Shown here in pieces: positions 52,816-61,919 of a stretch of 64,000 bases of DNA. The DNA is from a virus (taxonomy: Duplodnaviria > Heunggongvirae > Uroviricota > Caudoviricetes), in the IMG/VR virus record IMGVR_UViG_3300037418_000950, one strand, 5' to 3'. How positions within the stretch are numbered: position 1 is the first letter of the stretch; each line of letters begins with the position of its first letter. Made by a program: the position numbers and the translations under genes. The notes beneath the pieces were generated by a model. That model saw nothing but the letters and a program-made list of their open reading frames with translations. It had not been told where the DNA came from and searched no databases.

Positions 52816-53744
52816 TATTTCTTTCTCTTGAGTAGGGAAGTGATACGGGTCAGTAAACCTGCCTTAGGACTTGGTTTCGGTCCAACATCAGGATTGATAT
52901 CGTTGCGTCTCGGAAGATGCAGATTGGGTCCACCTGGACTTGATCGAACGTCATGGGTTTTCGGTGCATGAATCGGTGTGGCCTGGACAGGCGGCGCGGT
53001 ATATACGGCCTTAAGCTTGGTCAGGGCATCAATCAGTTCAGCTTGACTCTTGGTGGCGTTGACCTTGTACTTGGCCTTCACTTCCTTGGTGATCTTGCGG
53101 CGTAGGGCCATCTGTTGCTGGCGTTGCTCATGGGCGCGCCCCGTGGCGGTCAAGGTCTTGGCAGCGGCGGATTTCGGATTGAGCCCCAGGGTGCGGATGA
53201 TCTTCTTGGCCGTTGGATGATCGAGCTTGGTCTTGCCGTGCAGCACTTCTCCGAGCTTCTTCGACGCCTCGCTTTTGTTGGAATACACATCAGGGCGTCG
53301 CGAGGCCAATTCGGCACGCGCTTGTGCCCCGAGCGCATCGGTGCGACGGGCTAAACGACCTAATGATTTATTGGAGGTTTGTTTGGTGATGCGGTATTGC
53401 TTGGCTTCCGTCACCAAGTCTTCGTCAAGCTCTAGGGCTCGGCCGCCAGAGATGAAGGAGTTGACGCGCGCAAACGCCCATTGTTGCGCAGTCACCTCGG
53501 GTCGATTGGTGTTGACGCCTGAATCAAAATAGTCATCGATCCCACGTTCAAAGACTTCAAACAGAAGATCGAACGGAAGATCGGACGATGTAGATTTGTT
53601 GTGAAGGGATTGAGCTACAGATTCTGCGAATCTTTTCGGATCAGGGTCTCGCGGATTAAAATCAACAAACGGATTCTTTCCGCGTTTTCCAACGCCTTTA
53701 ACAGATATAGGCTCAAGTTTCTTTTTCTTCTTTTTTTGTTCCAT
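52815..53744 (-). CDS. hypothetical basic protein
   Basis: 309 aa ORF, abutting the upstream gene. Confidence 0.45.
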   Translation of the reverse strand: MEQKKKKKKLEPISVKGVGKRGKNPFVDFNPRDPDPKRFAESVAQSLHNKSTSSDLPFDLLFEVFERGIDDYFDSGVNTNRPEVTAQQWAFARVNSFISGGRALELDEDLVTEAKQYRITKQTSNKSLGRLARRTDALGAQARAELASRRPDVYSNKSEASKKLGEVLHGKTKLDHPTAKKIIRTLGLNPKSAAAKTLTATGRAHEQRQQQMALRRKITKEVKAKYKVNATKSQAELIDALTKLKAVYTAPPVQATPIHAPKTHDVRSSPGGPNLHLPRRNDINPDVGPKPSPKAGLLTRITSLLKRKK

Positions 53745-53796
53745 TACAGGTTTCCCGTGGGCTAACTGATAACATGGAACTATTTAGTATTTTCGG

Positions 53797-54435
53797 TTAC
53801 TTAGGTATCCAGATGGTATCGGCGGCCGATTGTTCCACGTCTTTGTAACCAATTTCTTCCATAAACTTACGAATGGGATCGGTTTTACCACATTCGACGA
53901 CGATGACTGGACGACAACGGTCAATCGTCTCCTTGGCTCCAATCAGCACATCGAATTCGACGCGTTCAACGTCCAGTTGGAGAAGATCAACGATTGGAAA
54001 ATTGAATGAGTCGAGCTTGATCATCGGCACCGTTCCTTCGATGCCTGATAGGACATTGAACATGCCGCGATTGGTATGACTGCCTACGTCCATGGCCACC
54101 AACTTGGCTTCCGAGCCAAGGGCGCAATTCATCTTGAAGACGTTCATGCATTGAGTGTTCATGACCAGACAATGAAAGTTCAAAATGTCGGGTTCAAAGA
54201 CATAGACGTGATCAAACAGCTTGGAATACAGGCGAGCATAGAGCCCCATATTGCCGCCCGCCGTGATGACAACGCGGCGTTGCTTCACATGTTCGAAATA
54301 CTTGTGTTTGTGAGAGAATAACCAATCGTCTCTTGGACCATCCCATGAACCTGTATCTTCCTTGACCCATGTCCAGTCAATTTCATTATCTACGTTCTCA
54401 TGGCGTACATAGAGACGATCACTAAAATCAGTCAT
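53797..54435 (-). CDS. FkbM-family SAM-dependent methyltransferase
   Basis: 212 aa; VVITAGGNMGLYA (SAM-binding Gly-rich loop) and LQLDVERVEFDVLIGAKETIDRCRPVIVVE (FkbM hallmark). Confidence 0.6.
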   Translation of the reverse strand: MTDFSDRLYVRHENVDNEIDWTWVKEDTGSWDGPRDDWLFSHKHKYFEHVKQRRVVITAGGNMGLYARLYSKLFDHVYVFEPDILNFHCLVMNTQCMNVFKMNCALGSEAKLVAMDVGSHTNRGMFNVLSGIEGTVPMIKLDSFNFPIVDLLQLDVERVEFDVLIGAKETIDRCRPVIVVECGKTDPIRKFMEEIGYKDVEQSAADTIWIPK

Positions 54436-55468
54436 TCTTCCTCAATTTCTTTATGGTTGTCATTGTTTTTTGTTCAGGCACGCGATGCATGGTGTCCGTC
54501 ATATACTTACCGAAATGAGTAGAGAAATGATTGGATACCAACTTACGTTGATAGGTGTCCTTAGTCGGGTCTTTGTGGAATTTCTTACCCGCAAGTGCAT
54601 CCTGAAATTTCTTGGCGACTTTGCGCTTTTCATCCGCACTCAGATTGTCGGCGGCAAACTTGGCGATGCCATGAAAATGACTGGAGTCCTTGACTTCGCC
54701 AACCTTGGGGCGAACCCCAACCAGATTGGTTAGAATCTTGGGTATGTCGGTGATTGGTTCGTTGGTGGCGGCGCGGGTATAGACGGGATGCCCCAGGTGC
54801 GTATCCTTGGTTGGAACGTGCTTCTTGCGAAGGCCGTCGCGCATGTTGAAGGAGTGTTTCTCAACGTTGTCCTGAAACTCATACTTGCGCCCCGTCTTCA
54901 CGTATCCAGGTCCGTAACCCTTGGCCGCGGTCAGGGAGTGAATAAGAAGATGACGACCAGCGTTCGGCAAACCGTAACCAAGGTCTCTTGGATGACTGGT
55001 ATCAGACCAGCGAGCAAATTCGGTCGGTTCGCCGTTCTCGAATTTCTTGAAAGCAAAATGAACGTCGTGGTGTTGGTTGGTTTTGAGGTTTTTGATGGTC
55101 GCCGTGTACTTCGACGGTTTCTTATCGACATTGACGACCTTCCAATCCCCAAGTTCACCCTTCAGGTGCTTGTCCAGATGCGATTTGGTATTGTCAGGTA
55201 CCATGACGTTCAGATTATCGAGCCTTGGACTGATCTTCTTGAGGGCCTTGTCTTGCATTCCATCGTTGAAGAAATGCCCCGTGGCACCTGGAAACGCTGA
55301 ACGCGTCGCCAGTGCCTTGGAGCCTTTGCCATAGATTCTATTCTTGGCCTTCGCGTCGAGGTCCACCAGGAATTGTAGGAACTCCTTCGACTTGGCCTTG
55401 CGTTTGTCCGTGCCTATCGGACTCGCCTTGATCTTCTTTTCGGTTAGGAATTTCTTGAAATCTGACAT
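54428..55468 (-). CDS. hypothetical basic protein
   Basis: 346 aa ORF; its 5' end overlaps the 3' end of 55338..56483 by 131 nt. Confidence 0.4.
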   Translation of the reverse strand: MSDFKKFLTEKKIKASPIGTDKRKAKSKEFLQFLVDLDAKAKNRIYGKGSKALATRSAFPGATGHFFNDGMQDKALKKISPRLDNLNVMVPDNTKSHLDKHLKGELGDWKVVNVDKKPSKYTATIKNLKTNQHHDVHFAFKKFENGEPTEFARWSDTSHPRDLGYGLPNAGRHLLIHSLTAAKGYGPGYVKTGRKYEFQDNVEKHSFNMRDGLRKKHVPTKDTHLGHPVYTRAATNEPITDIPKILTNLVGVRPKVGEVKDSSHFHGIAKFAADNLSADEKRKVAKKFQDALAGKKFHKDPTKDTYQRKLVSNHFSTHFGKYMTDTMHRVPEQKTMTTIKKLRKND

Positions 55469-56483
55469 TCGTTAGTATTTTCTTGTCCAGGGTGATATTT
55501 ACCGCGCCTTCGCTGCGACTGCCAGCCCGTCCATTAACTTCGATATTGGCTGGACCAAATTTGAAACAACATCTGTTTGGTTTCTTATTTAGGGGAATTG
55601 GTTCGGTGAGCATCGAGAGATAATTGTCGATATCGGTCACATAGTCGTAAATTTTGACGGTCGGATCAGCGGCTGCATTAATTGTCGCGTCCACAATGAC
55701 GGTCGGGAGATATGTGTCGGTATTTGGCTTCGGGATATTCGTCACGGTTCTGAACAAATCCTTACCATGATCATCGGCCATGATTTGATACATAGTTCCC
55801 CAATATTCGTCAGCCATATCGACGTTGCTGCCCGATGCTGCCTTGCGGAGCGTCACATAGAAGTCCTGGACCGCTTGCGGATCGGGATGGATGATTTCAC
55901 CGCGACCGATCTTGCGAATGGTTGACCGTTGCGGCTTGTTGAGACTGAGAACTTCCTTGCCGAAAATCGGTTGCAACAAGTCTTGGTTCTGTTCGATGAT
56001 GACTTCGGCGTCGTCCATCTTGTCATCGATCAACATTTCAATTTTGTGGGGTAAGTTACTGTTTTGGTCATAAACCTCGCGATAGACGGTATCGAGGTTT
56101 TCGGCAAACTTGAGGAAGGGCGGGGCATAGACCTTGACGCGTCTGCTACTTGCCCCGTACTTGAGAGATATTCCGAACCAACTGTCATCGAATTTCAGAA
56201 GCACGTCGGCAGGCGACTCCAAGCCCGTTATTTCTTTGACGCCTTTGGCTTGCTTGTTACCGATGTGTAGGGCTTCGCGAATAACTCCAAGAGGCTTGAC
56301 GTAATCAACGATGACATTCGCAATGACTTTAGAGTCGAACCATATCTTGAATTTTTGTTCGTCGGATAAATCGTAATTAGTGATTTCCTGTTTCTTATAT
56401 TCCCACGCACACATGAGGTTGATATTCTCGGTGACGAATTCTTCACATAGATATCCTCGGTTCGCGATTGTATTTCCGCGCAT
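55338..56483 (-). CDS. hypothetical protein
   Basis: 381 aa ORF; C-terminal 40 aa is low-complexity (QGESDRHGQTQGQVEG), consistent with out-of-frame extension. Confidence 0.4.
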   Translation of the reverse strand: MRGNTIANRGYLCEEFVTENINLMCAWEYKKQEITNYDLSDEQKFKIWFDSKVIANVIVDYVKPLGVIREALHIGNKQAKGVKEITGLESPADVLLKFDDSWFGISLKYGASSRRVKVYAPPFLKFAENLDTVYREVYDQNSNLPHKIEMLIDDKMDDAEVIIEQNQDLLQPIFGKEVLSLNKPQRSTIRKIGRGEIIHPDPQAVQDFYVTLRKAASGSNVDMADEYWGTMYQIMADDHGKDLFRTVTNIPKPNTDTYLPTVIVDATINAAADPTVKIYDYVTDIDNYLSMLTEPIPLNKKPNRCCFKFGPANIEVNGRAGSRSEGAVNITLDKKILTNVRFQEIPNRKEDQGESDRHGQTQGQVEGVPTIPGGPRREGQE

Positions 56484-56520
56484 TAATTCTCCAATAAAAA
56501 AGGGGGCAAAACCCCCTTGA

Positions 56521-56934
56521 TTATGCAGCTAATGCTACTTCTTTAATCCATATAGGCGTTTTGCGTTTTGTCCAATGGTGCGTGCTGCCATAGGCTCTTG
56601 AATACCAGTTTCGAAATGTTGTCGGGGTATCTAATTGCACACACGATTCGGGAATTATATCACAATCGATTGGTGTCATATAGTTCAATTCATGCATTTT
56701 AGGGTGGTAACAGTCTAATTTTCCTCGCAAATTTTCAACTACATGAGGTTTGTGGAAACGATACAGGTGTTCGTCAAATATCGTCTCAATATAATCGACT
56801 ACCCAATCGTAATTGATACGCGATTCATAGGCCCATTTCTCCCAATATTCGTCCAATAATGGACAATCCTTGATATGCATATCGCATAACCATCGTGCCG
56901 ACTGTTGAGGTGAATATGAGAGAAAGTAGATCAT
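56521..56934 (-). CDS. hypothetical protein
   Basis: 137 aa, Trp/Tyr/His-rich. Confidence 0.4.
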   Translation of the reverse strand: MIYFLSYSPQQSARWLCDMHIKDCPLLDEYWEKWAYESRINYDWVVDYIETIFDEHLYRFHKPHVVENLRGKLDCYHPKMHELNYMTPIDCDIIPESCVQLDTPTTFRNWYSRAYGSTHHWTKRKTPIWIKEVALAA

Positions 56935-57170
56935 TTGGGTTCCTTTTTGATTACTTCATCAAACGATACATCGGGAGTGAAATTTAACGTGATGTATGGA
57001 ATAGGTTCCGCTGGTATTATCGTCATATCGACATGGATCGTTTCCGTTTTGTCATCAATATCCAACACATATCCAACAAGTTTGGTATGATATGAATCAG
57101 GGTTGTTTTTCCATTGTTCCAATTCTGCGATTTTGGAATCAATGATATCCTGAAATACTTTACGTCTCAT
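56931..57170 (-). CDS. hypothetical protein (start trimmed)
   Basis: Start moved to MRRKVFQD to limit overlap with the methyltransferase gene. Confidence 0.3.
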   Translation of the reverse strand: MRRKVFQDIIDSKIAELEQWKNNPDSYHTKLVGYVLDIDDKTETIHVDMTIIPAEPIPYITLNFTPDVSFDEVIKKEPK

Positions 57171-57708
57171 AGTAATACCAGATTTGCGGGAAGTCGTAGG
57201 ATTGTTGCCAGATGTACCACGCATGATTGGCGCTCGGAGACGCGCGGGCGGGTTCGAACCATGTGATGCGTTTGGTTAGGATTAGCTTACCTGAGAAGCT
57301 AAGAAGGCCATGGTTCTCGGTGAAGATATCGCGCCGCGTCTTGGCAGAATCAAAATCGACGGGTAGCAACATAGCAATAAACCCCTCGGGATTGCCGCTG
57401 AGAAGTTTCAGACTGTGACGTATGAATTTCTCGGCGTCCTTCCCAAAGGGTGGATTTGTTATGATGGAGTTGCAGCCTTTCGGCATTTTGTTAGTGAGTA
57501 GGAAGTCAACGCCAGTCTCACCGTAGTCGGTCACCAAGTCTGAGCTATAGTTGGCAACGAGTGTCTTGGAGATATTACCCGAAGCACAGGCAGGTTCCCA
57601 GAAGACGACGTGATCGGGGATGTGAGGTTGCAAGGCAAGGGAGACCCATGGCGGTGTTTCGTATAGATTCCGTTCCTTGCGAACGTAACCGCTATTCCGT
57701 TGACTCAT
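57160..57708 (-). CDS. N6-adenine DNA methyltransferase (orphan)
   Basis: 182 aa; IITNPPFG catalytic motif IV. Confidence 0.65.
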   Translation of the reverse strand: MSQRNSGYVRKERNLYETPPWVSLALQPHIPDHVVFWEPACASGNISKTLVANYSSDLVTDYGETGVDFLLTNKMPKGCNSIITNPPFGKDAEKFIRHSLKLLSGNPEGFIAMLLPVDFDSAKTRRDIFTENHGLLSFSGKLILTKRITWFEPARASPSANHAWYIWQQSYDFPQIWYYYET

Positions 57709-58067
57709 GCAGGACGGATTTCCTGAAAGTCAACTGCCATTGGTCTCATTACGGCGCGAATGTGCAGCCATTCCTTATCATCTTCCCTGATATACACATC
57801 ATAGTAAAGTTCATTATTATCTACGATTTCTGGGGTATTATTCCATTCATCACAAACTTGCAGTATCTTATATCCATCTGCAACAAGATTGTTAAGATAA
57901 GGGAACATCGAAACCATTACACCTGTACGAGTTTCTTCGTCATTAAATTCACACCAATAGTGACTTACAACTTGCTCAATATGGGTTTTTAGATTGTCAA
58001 TTACTTGTCGATCCATTCTGATCCTTCGCATATACAAAGAAACGCGGCGTTTCTCCCCCAAAACCAC
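57705..58067 (-). CDS. hypothetical protein
   Basis: 120 aa ORF. Confidence 0.4.
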   Translation of the reverse strand: MVLGEKRRVSLYMRRIRMDRQVIDNLKTHIEQVVSHYWCEFNDEETRTGVMVSMFPYLNNLVADGYKILQVCDEWNNTPEIVDNNELYYDVYIREDDKEWLHIRAVMRPMAVDFQEIRPA

Positions 58068-58221
58068 AGCCGCCGTTCAAGCTCGCCGCGAGTTTTTTCG
58101 CGTCTTCTTTTGATTTAGTTACTTGTATGATTAAGTTGGTTGCGTTTTCGACAACCTTGGTTCCGTCGTATTTATACTTCTTCACATCCACCACCATTCG
58201 AAAAATACTATCACGGGCCAA
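57997..58221 (-). CDS. hypothetical protein
   Basis: 74 aa ORF. Confidence 0.3.
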   Translation of the reverse strand: MARDSIFRMVVDVKKYKYDGTKVVENATNLIIQVTKSKEDAKKLAASLNGGCGFGGETPRFFVYAKDQNGSTSN

Positions 58222-58451
58222 TTCTTACCTGGACGCACATAACCATTGATAGCCCACGTATAGGCATCATACCAACGATAGCGTTTGTCCTTTTGCCAAT
58301 ACCACGGTTTGCACGCCCTCAACCAATCCTTGCGGTATCGGTGTCGCCATTCCAACCAACGACCATAGGCTTCCCAATAGGCTTCCATTTCGCCTGGAAA
58401 ATAGAAGTCATAATCGTCGATATCGGGTTGTGGTATTTCTAATTCTGACAT
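58182..58451 (-). CDS. hypothetical Trp-rich protein
   Basis: 89 aa with many Trp/Tyr/Arg (WEAYGRWLEWRHRYRKDWL). Confidence 0.35.
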   Translation of the reverse strand: MSELEIPQPDIDDYDFYFPGEMEAYWEAYGRWLEWRHRYRKDWLRACKPWYWQKDKRYRWYDAYTWAINGYVRPGKNWPVIVFFEWWWM

Positions 58452-58461
58452 AGGTCATCCA

Positions 58462-59712
58462 TTAGTAGAAGTCTTTGAACACGTCATTTTCACTATCTCG
58501 TTTTCCAAATTCGGTGTTGTCCATTAGCGGTTTGTCTTGGGTCGTCACACCCTCAACAGGGTCTTCAAGATCGTAGAGGCGCATCTTTGGTCTATCGAGC
58601 CCCACCACGAATTTGTTCATGTACGACACGTCGCCATCACGGTTCTTCAATTGCTTGAAGTAGATGTGATCCAGATTTTCATCCTTCCCAGGCATCATGG
58701 CTACGAGCAAGTCGCAGGTGTGCGGCAAACCCATCGACTCCGATGTGTTTTCCATTTCGATATCGGAGTTCTTGAAACCTTCACGGTTGACCTGAGTGGC
58801 CGTCACAATCGGACACACATGTTCAACCCCCAGGCCGCGCAATTCTTCAGCAATGGCCTTGACGTAGGTGTACGAATTGACCGTGCCGCCCATCTTGAGG
58901 CGGGATGACAGACAAATGTTGATGTAGTCGATATAGATTATGTCAGGAATGAACTTCTTCTTGAGCTTCAATTCCTGGAGTAGATAGCGAAAGTGATTGA
59001 CGCCAGCCGATGCGGTTGGGTATTCGCGGATGATCAGCTTACCCGCCGTCTTGGCGCGGATGCGGCTAACCTTTTCCTTATACATCCCTTTCGGATAACC
59101 ACGAAGTTCCTTGATTGGAATATCAAGCAAGTTGGCATCGATACGCATACCGATTTTCTCGGCTGCCATTTCCATGGTGATGTAGAGGACGTTGTACCCC
59201 TGTTCCAACTGGAACGCCGCCTCATTGGCCATGAGACGTGACTTGCCGCCGCCCGTGGGGGCAATGAAACAAATCAGCGACTTGGTAGGAGCCCCGCCAT
59301 CGGTGATGGTGTTGAGGGTCTTAAGGCTCCAGGGGACCCGCTTTTCTTTTTGATTGTAGAAGTCGTAACGCGCTTCGGCGTCTTCTAAGTAATCGTGACC
59401 AACGCGGCTATCAAACGTGACCGACAGGGCGTCCTCAAAAATTTGAGTAATCGCGCCGCGGTCAAGATCAGACTTACCCCCTCGGATTTCAATAGCCTTG
59501 GACAACGCATTGTCGAGGGCCTGTGACTTACACCAGTCTTCGGTCTTATCGACCAACCATTGTTCGTTCGTTTCTTCCTCGGACTTGATATCAAGTATCA
59601 GTTCCTTGGTGTCGCGAAAGACGTTTTCGTTGATGCCCGTTGTGTTCTGTAACTCAACCAGTAGAGCTTCTTTGGTAGGGAAGGTGTTATACTTCCCCAC
59701 AAAGGCAGACAT
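58462..59712 (-). CDS. replicative DNA helicase (DnaB/T4 gp41-like)
   Basis: 416 aa; Walker A FIAPTGGGKS in a RecA-like C-terminal domain, DnaB-like architecture. Confidence 0.8.
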   Translation of the reverse strand: MSAFVGKYNTFPTKEALLVELQNTTGINENVFRDTKELILDIKSEEETNEQWLVDKTEDWCKSQALDNALSKAIEIRGGKSDLDRGAITQIFEDALSVTFDSRVGHDYLEDAEARYDFYNQKEKRVPWSLKTLNTITDGGAPTKSLICFIAPTGGGKSRLMANEAAFQLEQGYNVLYITMEMAAEKIGMRIDANLLDIPIKELRGYPKGMYKEKVSRIRAKTAGKLIIREYPTASAGVNHFRYLLQELKLKKKFIPDIIYIDYINICLSSRLKMGGTVNSYTYVKAIAEELRGLGVEHVCPIVTATQVNREGFKNSDIEMENTSESMGLPHTCDLLVAMMPGKDENLDHIYFKQLKNRDGDVSYMNKFVVGLDRPKMRLYDLEDPVEGVTTQDKPLMDNTEFGKRDSENDVFKDFY

Positions 59713-59831
59713 TAGATCGAAGGTGAGACGGTAGTGTTTGGTTTGAAAGTATTCCGATTTGACGAAGGGTAGGACTTTTCTCGCATATGGTTCATTGTAT
59801 AGAAGATGACTTAGAACGATGAGAGAAGTGT

Positions 59832-60014
59832 CTATTCTTTAACTCCAAAGTATTGTAGGAACTCGGTATCGGTCATGGTTTCCAATTGTTCAAGTTCGGT
59901 TTCGAGGTGGGTCTTGTATATCTCGCGAACCTCCGCTACCGAATATCCAGCGGACTCGGTAGCGGGGACGACGCGAAACGAACTATTGCTATGGTATTTG
60001 AAGGAATATTTCAT
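59832..60014 (-). CDS. hypothetical protein
   Basis: 60 aa ORF. Confidence 0.3.
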   Translation of the reverse strand: MKYSFKYHSNSSFRVVPATESAGYSVAEVREIYKTHLETELEQLETMTDTEFLQYFGVKE

Positions 60015-60247
60015 GTATTCCCAGCATAATAATGATCGAATGATTTTCCTGAAAAACGAATAAACACTATGTTGTTAGTGTTGGACTGAGACACTTCACA
60101 TATCCAATCATTGCCTTGCCAACGTTCTATCACTTTCACCAACCTATCGATATCAGTCTTCGTCAACTTCACTCTCTGTATCGAGTTCTCCATCATTTCT
60201 TCCATCGTTTTTACCATAGCAGAATTCCTTCTTGGCGGCTTCATCAA
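60011..60247 (-). CDS. hypothetical protein
   Basis: 78 aa ORF. Confidence 0.35.
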   Translation of the reverse strand: MMKPPRRNSAMVKTMEEMMENSIQRVKLTKTDIDRLVKVIERWQGNDWICEVSQSNTNNIVFIRFSGKSFDHYYAGNT

Positions 60248-61226
60248 CCAGGGTCAGGAGTTCAGGCGTGAAGTATTGTTCGGGGTGATTGCGGATTTCC
60301 GCCCCCTTGACTTTTACTCCACCAGGAAGCTCATAGCTGATGTTGTTGAGTTTGGTAATTATACCATGTTTTACGGCTAAATCCAAGAGACCGTAGTATC
60401 TATCGAGACCCGACGCATAGGATAGTTTCAAAACGACAACTGCATTCTCTTTGGTCAGGCGCGACTTATTCATCTTGACTTTGAGAAGGTTGCCGACGAC
60501 TTCGGTGCCGATCTTATCTTTCGACTTCGACAGGAAGATAATCGAGCTTGCCGCATACTTGAGACCCGAGCCGCCGCCCATTTCCTGCATCGGCACGTAG
60601 GAACCGATAACGTCGTAGACGTGGTTAGTCACCAACAGGGGCAGATTGGCCTTGGCAAGTCTCAAGGTCAGAACGCGAAACGCCGCCTTCAACACCTGAG
60701 ATTTGGTCATGTCGCGGGTTTCTTTGCCTTCCGCCGTATCGTCAACTTCTTTGGTTGTGGACAGCATTCCCAACGAGTCCAGGACGCACAAGGTTGGGGG
60801 GCGTTTTTTGACGGGAAGCTTTTCGTAATTGGATACGATCTTGAGGGCTAGGGTTCGGAACTCTTGGATGGTGCCAGGGGCCACAATCATGAAGCGCTTG
60901 GTGTCGATACCGCGTTCCTCAAGCATGTCCTTGGTGATGGCCGCTTCGGTATCGAAGTAGATTACGCGGGCGTCGGGATTAGACTCCAAATGATACTTAC
61001 AAATACCAAGGGCAATAAATGTCTTACCCGTTGCTTCTTCGCCAGCTATGGCTGTGATCTTATTACTGGCCAATCCCTTGAATATCGATCCTGAAATAAT
61101 TGCATTGAGTAGGTAACAACCTGTATCAATATAACCTGCAATTTCAGCGGCACTTTCTCCCTTGGACGCGATGCTTGCATATTGTGAACCTAGTTCTGTT
61201 GCTAGGTCTTCTAAGAAATTACTCAT
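60153..61226 (-). CDS. RecA-family recombinase (UvsX-like)
   Basis: Start at MSNFLEDL with AAGGAG RBS; Walker A AIAGEEATGKT; RecA-fold blocks LCVLDSLG, LLVTNHVYD. Confidence 0.75.
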   Translation of the reverse strand: MSNFLEDLATELGSQYASIASKGESAAEIAGYIDTGCYLLNAIISGSIFKGLASNKITAIAGEEATGKTFIALGICKYHLESNPDARVIYFDTEAAITKDMLEERGIDTKRFMIVAPGTIQEFRTLALKIVSNYEKLPVKKRPPTLCVLDSLGMLSTTKEVDDTAEGKETRDMTKSQVLKAAFRVLTLRLAKANLPLLVTNHVYDVIGSYVPMQEMGGGSGLKYAASSIIFLSKSKDKIGTEVVGNLLKVKMNKSRLTKENAVVVLKLSYASGLDRYYGLLDLAVKHGIITKLNNISYELPGGVKVKGAEIRNHPEQYFTPELLTLVDEAAKKEFCYGKNDGRNDGELDTESEVDED

Positions 61227-61521
61227 TCTTCTCCTTATCTTGGTGGTGCATGTGATTAAATTTAGTTTGGATTTGTTGAGGTAGCCCGTAGATGCCAATA
61301 TCGGCTTTCACAAACATGTACGTTGCAATCTTGTAAAGGTCTTCCAACTCACGACACAGTTGCTCGCGATTGGAACCATCCTCAGGCTTGTCGGGATTGT
61401 AAGATTCATAGCCATGACGCATGATTTTCATTCCGATTTGCACAACTTCTGCCGCTTCTTCACAAAGCTTCGCCAACCGTTCGTCTTCGGCGGGTGTTAG
61501 TTGATTAAAATGATCGGTCAT
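61219..61521 (-). CDS. MazG-like nucleotide pyrophosphohydrolase
   Basis: 100 aa; ERLAKLCEEAAEVVQ (EExxE-type helix) typical of small MazG/NTP-PPase proteins. Confidence 0.5.
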   Translation of the reverse strand: MTDHFNQLTPAEDERLAKLCEEAAEVVQIGMKIMRHGYESYNPDKPEDGSNREQLCRELEDLYKIATYMFVKADIGIYGLPQQIQTKFNHMHHQDKEKNE

Positions 61522-61919
61522 TTGAGCATTTCATCGATCTTGGCTTGGATTTCCGCAATCTTCTTATCGCGGTCAGGCCAGTGAATATCCTTGTCGGGGT
61601 TCTGGGCCAAATTGGATAGCAATGAAGAAAACAAGCTATGCATTCTCGCCAAGTCTGTTTTCAGTGCGTCGGCTGCCTTCACTTGCTTGTCGGCATAATC
61701 TTTCACTTCCTCAATTTTTTCAGGGTCCGTAAACGAGAACCCAAAATCATTCTTATCGTCCATTCTTTCGATTACCTTTCGTGCGTTGAGTTCTTTCTTC
61801 CATTCTTCGGTACTTGTAAAACTCATTGGGTCTATACGTTTATTGGAGGGAGTTATCCAACTTGTATGTTCGTATGCGCCAAATTTATAATTATTGATTC
61901 TTAGTAAGCTAGTGTCCAA
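61518..61919 (-). CDS. hypothetical protein
   Basis: 133 aa ORF, ATGA overlap with neighbours. Confidence 0.4.
   Translation of the reverse strand: MDTSLLRINNYKFGAYEHTSWITPSNKRIDPMSFTSTEEWKKELNARKVIERMDDKNDFGFSFTDPEKIEEVKDYADKQVKAADALKTDLARMHSLFSSLLSNLAQNPDKDIHWPDRDKKIAEIQAKIDEMLK

Noticed and set aside
57241-57262. GGGTTCGAACC T-loop-like sequence inside the adenine methyltransferase gene (also GGTTCGAAAAC at about 6545)
   Set aside because: No complementary T-stem or acceptor stem can be drawn; these are coding-sequence coincidences.
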